Assembly: GCA_018398765.1 (NCBI GenBank)
Contig: JAHBMJ010000198.1
Coordinates: 1-54,174, forward strand
Source: Chromera velia
Lineage: Eukaryota
Direction of reading: 5' to 3'
DNA: 54,174 nucleotides
Shown here: piece after piece, positions 1 to 11,625 of the stretch
Layout: every line of letters starts with the position of its first letter
Numbering within the stretch: the stretch's first letter is position 1
Notes under the pieces: model-generated
The model's database searches: none
What the model was told of the DNA's origin: nothing
The model's input: only the letters and a program-made list of their open reading frames with translations
Program-made: the position numbers and the translations under genes

Positions 1-901
1 CGCGGGCGGCGCGGGCCTGGCCGGCCTTGTGCCAGTGGCCGCGCGTCTGGCCTCCAAAACAGGTTCAAAACAGGTTCAACAGGTTCACTTTTTCAGATTT
101 GAACCTTTTCTCAATGAACTTTTTCCCAGCTCTATTGTAAAATTGTTATAAATGATTGAACGGACGCTTTTTCAGCTATAGGCTTTTCTAGCTATATCTA
201 AGCATGTTGATTCTAAACCAACTTTAACCAAGCTTGCACTACAGCTGTCATTATTTTTCTCTGTTAATATAAAACATATATGTCTAGATATATATTTTTT
301 TTTTAGTACAAAAGTTTGGGATTGGAATGCGCAGTAATGCGCGCAGATTTATATGACCTCGCAGATGTTTCTGGTGCAAATGCACTCCAAAATATCTAGA
401 ATTTAGATCCAAAACTGGGTCTAGAATAGTCTATGAGCGCGGTAATACCGGGGTCGAGATCTTCGAAGTTCTATCAAATCAAGCACCCCGTGCTTACAAA
501 ACTTCCGTTAGGTTGCGTCCCAAAGCTCAAGTCCTAAGTTGCATTGTATATTCATTTAAATTAGTACGTCCTTTAATTGATGATTGAGGGTTTTTTTATG
601 CATGCTGCGTCTCCATATATGAGAGGCGGATCTAACCTAGTTTGTCGATTTGTTCTGTCCTATGACTATTTAATTAAATTAATCATAAGGAGACAACGAC
701 AGCACTTGCATTGCGCGCGCATATAGCGCGCAAAAAGCTATATGTACACAATGTACGGCGGCTCCCTTTCCAGACTATGCCAGACATATGCTCCCTAGAG
801 GTCTGTATTCTGTCAGAGGAGGAGGCTGTGCATCATTTCCTTTCATGTAAACAGGCAAGTGTGCATCTCTTTCTACTGGTAACTTGAAGAAGCCTTTCAC
901 A

Positions 902-2358
902 ATGGAGGAGACGGCTACCTCTCCCCCATCTATCGAAGAGTTCCTCCACAGGCTCGGCAAGTGGGAGGCTTCCCTGGTCTCTTCCCTTCACACGTGAGTA
1001 GCCCTCGTGAAAAATATTTTAGAATCCAAGCAAGCGAGTCAAGCAGCTACTGCGGGCCCTTCTTACATCCCAGAGGATGTCCTTCTTTTGGATTGTTTAG
1101 AGGATGAAGGAAAAGAATTTTTACAGAAAGCGAAAGAGAATCTAGATGCAGTGGTGAGTGGACACTTCTGCATTGATGTGGGTCATCTGTTTGAAATTGG
1201 AGTGGGTGAAGTGATCAGCTCCTTTCATTCTGTATCTGCTGACATAGTTCAAAAGTGCCTGTCTGATTTTGTAGCTGAGCCCACCGAAATCAACAGAGAT
1301 GACCTCTGTCTCTGCTTGAAGGTGAGGGCAGACGTTGATAGGCTCGTTGATGGGCAGACGGCACTCATGAGAGCTGTGGCTGCAGACAACGAAGATGCAG
1401 CTCAGATGATCAGGGAGAGCGGGGCTGACTTGGAAGTGAGGGCCGATAGTGAATCCCTGGGTTGTCTGCCTAATGACACTGTGGTGATCACCGCCTGTCG
1501 TCAGCGTCGGTGGAAGATTGTGAGATATTTGGTTGTAGAGGGGGCAGATGTCAATGCAGTAGACGCGGAAGGTCGAAAGGCCCTTTGGGTCGCTTGTGAG
1601 GCCGCAGAGAGCCAGTTGGACCCACCTGTTAGTAGCAATGATAAGGAAGAAAAATTACACCCCCTGGAAGATAAAGATGACAGACTGTTTTATGATCCAC
1701 AGAATGCTGATGCAGAGGTTCGTTCCGCAGTGAATGAGGCGTTGAAGGAGCTCATACAGAAAACGTCTGCAGCAAGTGAATTGAAAATCATAAATTTAAA
1801 TGGAACAGATACCAAGTTGAACAATATCCTCGGTCCCTCATCCACTTTTTTGCCTGGTACGGCTTGGCAGAGTTGGTGTCTCTCGCTGTCTTGTAGGGGG
1901 TAGACATCGACAAGGTCGTTGAAGAGAGACCAGGATTCGCACCTCTGCACGAATGTGCAGGAAGAGCGAAACCTGATTTCGTCAAATGTTTAATTGAGAA
2001 CGGTGCAGAGGTTGACAAACGTACCGCTGCCCCGTACAGCCATACTGCACTGACCCTCTCAGTTTGTCGTACTGGTCACCCTGCCGACGAGCGATTTTTT
2101 GAACAGCCAGGTACCGAAGAGACTATAATTAGGGTCGTAGAGATCCTCCTAGACTATGGGGCTAATTTGAATGTTCAGAGTTTTGAAGGGAACACGCCGC
2201 TCCATTGGGCGGTCCATACGGGTCTCCCTGAAGTTATGAAGTTTCTGGTCGATAGAGGTGCTGACCTCCAGTCGCAGAACAATGACGGCGACACTCCTTA
2301 TGCCTTTGCAGTAAAGTTATCGAAATCTGATAGAGTATTAAAACTTTTGACTTCTTGA
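902..2358 (+). pseudogene. Ankyrin-repeat protein gene, disabled (2 in-frame stops + 1 frameshift)
   Basis: ATG at 902 (MEETATSPPSIEEFLHRLGKWE...) is in frame with ORF 1007-1903 but is interrupted by TGA at 995-997. Ankyrin motifs include GQTALMRAVAADN and VVEGADVNAVDAEGRKALWVAC. Near 1830 the coding frame shifts (LIHFFAWYGLAELVSLAVL*GVDID..GFAPLHECA..LIENGAEVD..GNTPLHWAVHTG..GDTPY), with TAG at 1894-1896, and it ends at TGA 2358. Intronless. Confidence 0.85.
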
Positions 2359-2554
2359 TTTTATCTAAATTAAAACTGTGCTAGAGTCTATCATTTATAC
2401 TGATTATCTTCAGTATTGTGAATCAGCAAACATTAAAGCAATAGAATTATTAGTAAAACTATCAACTTTATCGTACATTAATTGGCTTTTATACATTTTT
2501 TTTAAACAGTTTTTTATAATCTTTCAATGAAGTGGTCTAGGAAGTGGTTAATCG

Positions 2555-2808
2555 CGTTACGGAGTATGGTGCAGCAGCTAGCTGTTGTACGGGGCTTATT
2601 TGGTATAAGAAGTTCTGTCATGCAAGGTTTTTACTTTTAAGTACTTCCTTACAGACTTTTATACGAAGGCTTGACTCACTGCTGACTATATACATGCGCG
2701 TAGTTTAATTGCATGGATGCAAATGTACTGCAACTATACGCATCTCGATATGGCCTGACATGCTGCTTCATATACCATTGTGCGGCTAGCTAGCCTTACA
2801 ACGTTACG
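2555..2808 (-). repeat. 3' LTR of outer element (~254 bp)
   Basis: Aligns end to end with 6906-7175 and is adjacent to the PPT. Confidence 0.8.
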
Positions 2809-2936
2809 TGCCATCTCCCTCCTAAAGCCACGTCCACATTGGCTTACCCAGAGAACGCAAGTGAATTTTCTTATGCAACTCTTTACGGCAATGGAGTTGT
2901 AATCGTTGATTAGATCATCGCCTTCCCTCACACTTG

Positions 2937-3170
2937 CGGTGTTGTATATAGAAAATCAAAGATCGCTTTTCTTTTTTTTTCTTTTCTGTTCTTTCGACTC
3001 TATCATTTCTGTTTGCAGAATTTTCTTTACCATCTTTCCTGTGGCTCTTCTTCTTTTTCACATCGTCAACTCATAGTCTACTCCAGTCAACCCATCACAA
3101 CTCACAACCACCATCCGTACTGACTTCACCGTACACCCAGTGTACAATATCATGCCTCCTCCCCCTTCAA
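2937..3170 (-). repeat. Probable LTR (2937-3152) plus PPT of a related nested element
   Basis: Imperfect terminal inverted ends CGGTGTTGTA / TACAATATCA differ only by transitions. They are followed by TGCCTCCTCCCCCTTCAAAGCCGCGTCCAC, which closely resembles the PPT-adjacent sequence at 2809-2840. Confidence 0.4.
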
Positions 3171-3297
3171 AGCCGCGTCCACGCTTGGTCAGAGAGAGTG
3201 TAATGCGCACAAGGATAACAAGACAGAAAAAAATTTAGACCAAAAATGGTGGAAAACAAACATCGGCTTAAAACTGTCCTTCCGTTCACGGAGTCCA

Positions 3298-5050
3298 CTA
3301 AATGCCATAGTACTGCATCTCCCAATCGGCTAGCCCCACAATTACCCCCATCCCTCTCCCATCTGTTTCATCTGAGTCTTCTCTAGCTTTGTGTTGCTGC
3401 TCTGATGGAGGTTGTGGACTGATAAAAGACTGTGTTGAAGTGCAAACAGTCTGCACGCTCTTTATCTGCCATACTGCAGGTCTCACTTCCAGCATACATG
3501 GCATCACACCCCCTCCATTTCCATACATCTCCCTGTCAAATGTCTCCCCTGTCTGTCCATACCCACGACGTGCTAAAAATGCATCCCAGTCTGCCGTACC
3601 GATTCTCTAAACATTCGGGATCAAGTCTTCCCTTCCCAACTGAAAACGAAAGGACACATCCTCCCAGTACTCATACTGGTCCCCAGGAGCGGATCACGCG
3701 GTGGAATTAGCATCTTTGGTCTTCTATGGGCTGCACGTTTTCTCTCTTTCTCTTTGTTCTTCGCCTCCCTTCTCTCTTACTGACGCTTGGCCTGCCAGTG
3801 TGACGAGAGAGTATCAAACCATCAAACGGGATCTTAGGTCCCTCTACTCCCTCACTGATTGGAGGCAAAGGAGACCAATGGCTGTCCGTCTCGTACGTTT
3901 GCCTCACAGCTAGCATCAGATTCTCCCTAGAGCATCTCCCTTTCGTACTTTTCCTGCCTCTTTCTCTCCTTCTTCTTTTAGCGTTTTTCCTGGATTTCCA
4001 CCGTCAAAGTCATTTCCCTGCCCACCTGTCTCCAAACAATTGAGCTGCAGAGATGGGCTATGTGGTCTCTCAGACTGGCAGTGGATTTGCTCTCTCAATT
4101 TCCAACTTCCAACTCCATACAATGACTCAAACAAGTCTTTTCCTACACCTCCTTCTTCCTTAAAGTTTCCACTCCTTTCAATCTGGCACAGCTCCATCGG
4201 AGCGGGCTCATTCATTTGACTATCCCCTCCGGCAGGAGCCATCACAGGGGAGCAGCTCTGACTGAAATCAAAAGTTGTCTGAGGCGTTGCAAAGAACATG
4301 CCCCCAGCGGCATTAACAATCCCACTCCCTTCTTGTACTTCCCACGTCCCTCTGCCTTCTTTCTAGGATGACTGACTGAAGTTGAACATCGTGCTAAGCC
4401 TTGGAGTTCCAGCGAGTGTGGCTCCAACGGAGCTCACAGGAACACTTCCCTCTCGCACTCCAGATACCTGCACATCTGTTTCCTGCCGCGACTGATTAGG
4501 GATGCCCGACTGTACGAAGCCATGCGATCTTACGCTAGGTCTTACGTGAGCACCGTCATCCCCCTTTCTCATACGGAATTCTTTCTCTGGAGGACTTGGT
4601 AAAATAATTCTCCCTCCTCTCTCTGTTCCTTGGTCAGGCCTCGTTGGTCAGGCGACTAGAAATCTTTGACTGATTACTGCCAAAACCTCGCCTGCTCGCT
4701 TTACCCCTCTCTCCACTTCGATTTGCATTTCCATATGCGCTTGGGGCCTTGCGCAATACGCATGCCTTCAGAGAAGACGTCTCTGGACTGGCAGACTTTC
4801 TATTTCTTTTCCCTCCCTGCTGAACTTTTTGGGCAAACAGTATTACAGTGCTCCGATGATTGCTGAGACTGCGTTTGCTTTGCCACCTTTCTCTTCCAGG
4901 CTGCTTCTATCAACGTGTGACTCCTGCAAGTTTTTGGTTTGTCTGTATCGGTGTGTCAGGTCACATCTTGGACGGCATTCTCCTTTTCAGAAATCCTAGT
5001 TGGAGGAGAAGACAGCTTACTGCATGGTTCTTGTAGACTCCAAGAGTCTT
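3298..5050 (-). pseudogene. Degraded gag / aspartic-protease-like remnants of an LTR retrotransposon
   Basis: Fragmented minus-strand ORFs carry a Gypsy-gag-like PAPMEL motif (ORF 3916-4299) and retropepsin-like SFIS...VGLAD motifs (ORF 3298-3528). The region lies inside the LTR pair. No RT or integrase was recognised. Confidence 0.45.
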
Positions 5051-5790
5051 TGTTATGTGGAACTTGAACCGTTAGACAAGAGTCTCAAAGTGTAATAAGA
5101 GGCGTTCTAACAAGCCCTAATAGTAATAGTTTTATCATACTGCAATATTAGAGGAAAAATCAGAATTAAAGTATTGAAATAGAAGTATACTACCACATAG
5201 TACCACTGTGACCTTTTGTAGTGAAAGACACCTTCATGGCAGAGTGGTTAGTAGGTAGAACTCGCATACAGAAGGTCTCCGGTTCGATTCTAAGATAAAT
5301 GCTTTTTAGCCTGCACAGAAGGGAAATATGGGGAAACAATCCATCATATATATAGCTCGGAATGACTCTTTTGACCGACCATCGGTACAGATCTATGTAA
5401 GACAACCGATCGTCAGTTGCAAAGACACATCCTGACCAACGATCGGTTTTAGACATGCAATTTCGGAATCAAAACAGCAAAAGTTCAGAATTTTGAGACT
5501 AGGAGAAAATATCATGAATGATCAGCACTTGACTCAAACTCTTAGAAGTGAAGTGATTTGAACAGACCTTGACTTGAACTCTTAGAGACGACTTAGGAGA
5601 CGACTCTGCATACCAATATAACCAACTGATAGCTACTTTTAATACCCTTCAGTCCTCAACATCTAGGTGTCTTCTAGCCTAGTCAGTCAATCAGTACTGA
5701 CCGCCTACTTCTACGGGAGCTAGCTGTCTACCTCTACGTCCATACCCCCACGTCTGTTCCTCTTTGACACAAAGTCGAACGAGGTCAACA
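5051..5790. repeat. LTR-like repeat copy 1 (740 bp, TGTT...AACA)
   Basis: Begins TGTTATG and ends GTCAACA. Near-identical to 5810-6537. Confidence 0.8.
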
Positions 5791-5809
5791 GATCACGTGG
5801 TGACGGACG

Positions 5810-6537
5810 TGTTATGTCGAACTTAAACCGTTAGACAAGAGTCTCAAAGTGTAATAAGAGGCGTTCTAACAAGCCCTAATAGTAATAGTTTTATCATACT
5901 GCAATATTAGAGGAAAAATCAGAATTAAAGTATTGAAGTAGAAGTATAATACCATATAGTACCACTGTGACCTTTTGTAGTGAAAGACACCTTCATGGCA
6001 GAGTGGTTAGTAGGTAGAACTCGCATACAGAAGGTCTCCGGTTCGATTCCAAGATAAATGCTTTTTGGCCTGCACAGAAGGGAAATATGGGGAAACAATC
6101 CATCATACATATAGCTCGGAATGACTCTTTTAACCGACCATCGGTACAGATCTATATAAGACAACTGATCGTCGGTTACAAAGATGCATCCTGACCGACG
6201 ATCGGTTTTAGACGTGCAATTTCGGAATCGAAACCGCAAAAGTTTAGAATTTTGAGACTCGGAGAAAACATTATGAATGATCAGAACTCGACTCGAACTC
6301 TCAGAAGTGAAGTGATTTGAACAGACCTTGACTCAAACTCTTAGAGACAACTCTGTATACCAATATGTCCAACTGATAGCTACTCTTGATACCCTTCAAT
6401 CCTCAACGTCTAGGTGCCTTCTAGCCTAGTCAGTCAATCAGTACTAACCGCCTACTTCTACGGGAGCTAGCTGTCTACCTCTATGTCCACACCCCCACGT
6501 CTGTTCCTCTTTAACACAAAGTCGAACGAGGTTAACA
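5810..6537. repeat. LTR-like repeat copy 2 (728 bp, TGTT...AACA)
   Basis: Begins TGTTATG and ends GTTAACA. Separated from copy 1 by only 19 bp. Both copies are followed by GATCA. Confidence 0.8.
5990..6060 (+). promoter_or_regulatory. tRNA-derived Pol III type-2 promoter (A box + B box) inside LTR; second copy at 5231-5300
   Basis: A box TGGCAGAGTGG (5996-6006) and B box GGTTCGATTCC (6040-6050) are 33 nt apart, as in tRNA genes. The anticodon and acceptor stems do not pair well, so this is not a functional tRNA. Confidence 0.6.
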
Positions 6538-6905
6538 GATCATCTTTGAGACTTGGCAATCTCAAACCCTTCCTTCAAGAGGCTCTCACCGTTCGTTTAC
6601 ACTTCTCCAGATGGGATGTCCTTAAATTTTTGAAGTTCACATACAAGTGAAAGAAACTTAATTTCCGAAACGTTCTTAGATCGATATATTATTGACTGAC
6701 GTCCTACTGAAGGCTTCTGAGAACTTTTCGCAAGACAAAGCAATGAACTCGTACTTTTTGTTTGTTGTAGTAGTTGCGTACATAGTCAGTGCAAGCTGTG
6801 TGAAGCTGTAAAAAGACCTCGCACTGTCAGACAGAGAATGTGTTCATGACCCGAGACGGACGGTCTGCAAACTCCATTGACGGTGATCGTTTAGCTCTGC
6901 TATCA

Positions 6906-7175
6906 TATAACGGAGTGTAGTGCAGTAGCTAGCTGTTATACGGGGCTTGTTTGGTATAAGAAGTTCTGTCATGTAAGGTTCTTCAAGTTACTTCTAGGTA
7001 CTTCCTTATGGACTTTTATACGAAGGCTTGACTCACTGCTGACTACATGCATGCGCGTAGTAGCGCGTAGCTTAATTGCATGGATGCAAATACGCTGCAA
7101 CTACACACATCTCGATATGGCCTAACATGCTGCTTCGCATACCGTTGTACGGCTGGCTAGCCCCACAACGTTACG
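6906..7175 (-). repeat. 5' LTR of outer element (~270 bp)
   Basis: Aligns with 2555-2808 and is adjacent to the tRNA-iMet PBS. Confidence 0.8.
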
Positions 7176-7577
7176 AATCCTAGTACGAATCGTCATCTAG
7201 GTGGTTATTTTTTGAAAACCTTCTGTAAAAATGTGTATGCATCTCAATTAAGTTAAACTAAAATAGAAAATTAATTAATTCGAATAAAATCAAAAAAATA
7301 ATTGCATGCATGAGCATGATAGGAATTGATTCAATTCAATTAAGTTTGATTCATATACAAAAAAATGCATGTGGTTAAAAAAATTTTATGTTTATAATAC
7401 CATTTTTGGAATGATTCAAAATTATGATTTCAATTAGATTAATAATTCATAATACGTTTGATAGCCACTTTGATGGACCGTTTCGAGCAATTTACAGCCA
7501 CACGCTATGACGCAGCCAGAGGTCGCGGTGGCCATACACAGAGGGATGATCGCTCAAGTGGACCCTCCACACTTCGC

Positions 7578-8885
7578 TTATTTCTGTTCTAGTTTCTGTT
7601 GCTCTTGCTGGCGAGCAACAAATTCCAACAGTGCACGGGCTGCAGCCTCCCCTCCCCCTGCCGAGCGAATGCGCTTCCCCAGCTCGACCGCCTTCTTCTT
7701 GCAGGTCCCCTCTTCTTCCAGTACCTCCACCACGGCTCCACGCACAGCCTCAACCGAGGCACTCACCCCGCTTCTGAACATCTCCCAGCTCCCGCTACCG
7801 GCCCCATTCCTCAATACGGCCTCTCCGTTGGTCGGTTGGTCGGCAAAGGCAGGGAAGGGGATGAGGGGCTTTCCGGCTAGGAGCGCCTCGTTCATGGAGT
7901 TTGCTCCCATATGAGAAAGGAAGGCGTCGCAGAGGGTGAGTAACTCGGCTTGTCGTATGGACTTGGCACACACCACATTCGGTGGCAGAGACCCCAAAAC
8001 AGTTGTGGCATCAGGAGACGGCCCGCACACGAGGATGACGAACACCCGATGGACAAGCGATTCAACCCCCACCGCCTGAACTAGGGCACCCCCCACTGCC
8101 TCGAAAAAAGCCCGACCCGAGTCACACCCTCCTGGTTTTATTCCAGGTGGAGGAGCCTCCCAAAAAGCCCCTGTCACTACTGTGCCCAAGGATGCCAACA
8201 ACACCCGCATGCCTGCCTTGCGGGCCTCTTCAATCTTCTGACACAGAAACTGGTGCTCCTCCGGATCGTCCACCAGTCCGTTCTGTCTCACGTCCAGCTC
8301 CACACACCCACCCACGAAGATCTGTTTCTCGTACGCTTCCTTGTTGTATCTGCACTTGTAAATTCACACGTACGCATGGATACACGGATGAATGAGTGAA
8401 ATGAATGATCGCTAAAAAGATTCAATTGCCTTATGTTTTCTCCAGAGTTTCTCCTCCATTGTGCCGCGGTGCCAATTTCTGGTTACAAGGAGGCAGAAGA
8501 GCCATCGCACCGTGCCTGCTAAGCTTGCAACATACTTTTGCGTATGTACATTCTGCACATCAAAATCACATGCATTCCCAACCCCCAGGTGACGTTTGTT
8601 CGATTGAACCCATGCAGAGAATTTTTGCATCTCCAAACAAGTGGCCGCATAAACGGTCTTTTCTACAAACTTTTCACACACTCTTCCACCCACCCACTCA
8701 AAAACAGAGTGCCATGCTTAGGACAGAAGAAACACACACGCCCTTCCATGCAGAGGCTGGTGCTGGTGTAAAGACAGAAAAAGCACACAGGCACTCCCAG
8801 AGGTTCAACCGACGGGGAAAATTAGGAAATCATGGGTGGTACTATGAGCACACACACACACACACACACACATGCACACACACAT

Positions 8886-8947
<62 letters not shown>

Positions 8948-9782
8948 CATCACACACATAGATACATACATACATACATACATACATACATACATGGATA
9001 CATTCCATGCGTGTGTGTACCTGAATGCGATGGGATCCCTCAGAGGGTCCAGAGGGCGCGCCAGCTCCTCGATCACCGCCACGATGTTCAGACCCTTGGA
9101 GTAGTGCTGCATCGGTAGAGAGTCCTCGAAAGGGTCGACGCGACACGCTGCCTTCATGTCGGCTTGTACTCTCTTGAACTCTTCCGACGCCATGAACTCC
9201 CCCAGACTCGTGCCCGAGTGCCCCAGGGCCCATGACTCGTCTCCCATGATGCCCATTCCTGAGTAGGGGATCAGGGAGACGGGGGGGATCTTCAGGAGAC
9301 GGGAGACGACTGCGGCGTCAGTGCAGAAGGGGTCAAAGAGGATCGCCTGAGGATCCACTGCTGCGACGGCTGCTGCCATTTCCTTTATGCACAGAGTCGC
9401 GACCTGCAGATAGACGGGGAGGGAAAAGCAGACGGCAGGCAAATTATTTGCATTTGAGGAACGAGGAGACAGTCCAGGAGACTGTTCCGAATGGAGACGG
9501 CAGCCTCACCTGGCCTCTCTTCAACGGATCAGGTACATCAGGCAGTCCCCTCTCTGTCTTCACTTTCGCCAGAGCCGCGTGGTAATTCTTCTCCTCTGGG
9601 TCGAACAGACTGCCGTAGTAAAACCTGTACTCTGCCCCCGCTTTGACTGCTGCGGCCTCTATCGACGCGTCTCCGAAGCACGTCACTCTAGCGCCTGCCT
9701 TCACCAGAGCCTTCACAACAGACAGAAAGGGATTCAGGTGCCCCACGTACGGAATAGGGACGACGGCAACAGAGACGGTCAT
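7578..9782 (-). CDS. UDP-glycosyltransferase (GT1 family), 3 exons: 9782-9510, 9403-9021, 8349-7578 (~475 aa)
   Basis: N-terminal PYVGHLNP catalytic-His motif. C-terminal PSPG-like box IRQAELLTLCDAFLSHMGANSMNEALLAGKPLIPFPAFADQPTN. GT-AG junctions keep frame (273+383+772 = 1428 nt). Confidence 0.9.
8848..8995. repeat. Compound microsatellite (CA)n(GA)n(TACA)n in UGT intron 2
   Basis: Directly visible simple repeats. Confidence 0.95.
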
Positions 9783-11625
9783 CTTCTGCGGCAACTCCGC
9801 AAGTGTGCATGCTCCGTCTCCTGCAAATCAAAGCAGGAAAACTGCGCGCAACCCAACACAGAATTGGATTGGCGTGCAGATAAAAGACAAGACGTATATA
9901 TATGTTTCCTCAAACTTCCATGAGAAAAACGAGAAAACTTTCGAATGACAGATGCTTCAAGTTAATTTGAGTCAGACTGAGTGTGGATCATTTCAACGCA
10001 CGCATCCAGAAAACCGAATAAACGGGATGCACAGATGGATACAGGACCGGAGAGACGCTAAGAAAATGAAGTCGGACCGGCCGGACCCGCGCGAGAGACA
10101 CTAAAAGAGAAAGCAACAAGCGTAGACCGTGAGTTCTAAAATATAACTTTTTAAATTAACTCACTTCTAGACTCTGACACTTTAAAAGTTTTTTCTGACA
10201 AATTAAAAGGTGATCCGCCCCTTGTATATGGGGGCGCGGTATGCATAACAAAACCCTCAATCATCAATTTAAAAGATTAAAGAAAAATGACTGAAAAACA
10301 GATCAATGCATTATTGCTTTTAGTTACCTTTTCTTCTAAAAGTTTTAAAATAAAAAAAGTTTAAAATATTTTAAAATCTTAAGCTTATAGTAACAGTTAA
10401 TTTAAAAAATGATTTTAGTGAGCATACCGAGATATATCAAGGCTAAACTCGGCCCCAACAAATTACTTTTTTTTTGTAAAGTTAGTGAATATACATTACT
10501 AGGGTTCCTACTGTCACAAACAAGCAGATCTGCCTAGAAATCTGCATCCGCGGCTCAATGAATTCACCAGAGACTGCATCAGCGCCTTAACTTCACCGCC
10601 TCAGCCCGCCGTCCTGACTTGAAGCGAACGTTGCGATCATGCTATGCATGTATGTACATGGACTAACATGGACGTCTTGAAAGTTTCCACCAGTGCTTGG
10701 TTCACACCCACAACGAAGCAGAAAACATGCGAGGCGCGAACACCCCAAGCTGGTAATCGAGGGCGGGCGGGAATTGCTTTCAAGTTGTCCTCCCGTCAGG
10801 CTAACACGCACCTTCCACATTTCCGTGTTCCCCGTCCCCTTCTTCTTCTTAGCTTTCTTCCCTCATCCAGCGACTCTAATTCCTCCTTCATCTCTCTGAA
10901 GCAGACGCATCACAAACCAGGTAAAGAGGAGAAGAAAAAAGGAAATCAACTCAACGTAAAGAAAGACAGACGGGCACAAAGAAAGAAAGATAGATGGATG
11001 GAAAGAAGAAGAGAAACGAAGATTGGTTTTCACAGGCAGAGAGCCAGAGACCTGGACGGAAACAACAAGAAGAAAAGAATGAGGAAAACACAAATTCCCA
11101 ACCCTCGTAAGCGCCCAAGCGAAATTCATCAGGGCCTTCCGATTTCCATTTCTCCCCTTTTCTCTTCTCTTCTCTTCTTTTCACACCCGTCCCCTAGCTG
11201 TAACCGCGAATGCCTAAACGTTGCCCGTCATTTCACTCACCCCCGACCCGACACGCATACAGGATGGAGGTAGAGAAGGAAAGAAATGGAGAAGCAAAAG
11301 GAAGGGAAACCCACTCATCTTTCGACTGAACACTTCCCAGCCTCGACTGCCTTTGCGGGTCCTCTCCAGCGACTTAAACGCTCTAAAAGACAAGCCGAGT
11401 GTGAGCAAAAGAAACGAACAATCTTTTCGGAACAGCACCAACAGATGCCCTTTCCACTCCCTCCCTCCCTGTAACCTTGTTGAAAGAATATTTACAAAAA
11501 AGCTACGCTCCCTTTGTTTCCAACTACAGCAGAATGTTCTCAACAACAACAACAACGAACATCACGGAGACACCATCACCACCTCCATCCCCAGCCCCAC
11601 CGCCCCCACCAACAAAAGCCACCAA

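Larger units (their letters stand above)
2555..7175 (-). mobile_element. Decayed LTR retrotransposon (outer element) containing nested LTR insertions
   Basis: Direct repeats at 2555-2808 and 6906-7175. A PBS complementary to initiator tRNA-Met (minus strand TGATAGCAGAGC, consensus TGGTAGCAGAGC) lies at 6894-6905. A purine tract (minus strand AGGAGGGAGATGGCA) lies at 2809-2823. Near-perfect 5-bp TSD: AATCG (2550-2554) / AATCC (7176-7180). Confidence 0.8.

Noticed and set aside
5990..6060. Functional tRNA gene
   Set aside because: Anticodon and acceptor stems do not pair. Only the A/B boxes and a partial T-arm remain.
5190..6239. Duplicated small minus-strand ORFs (88 and 104 aa)
   Set aside because: They lie inside the LTR-like repeats and their start and stop positions differ between copies, so they are likely chance ORFs.
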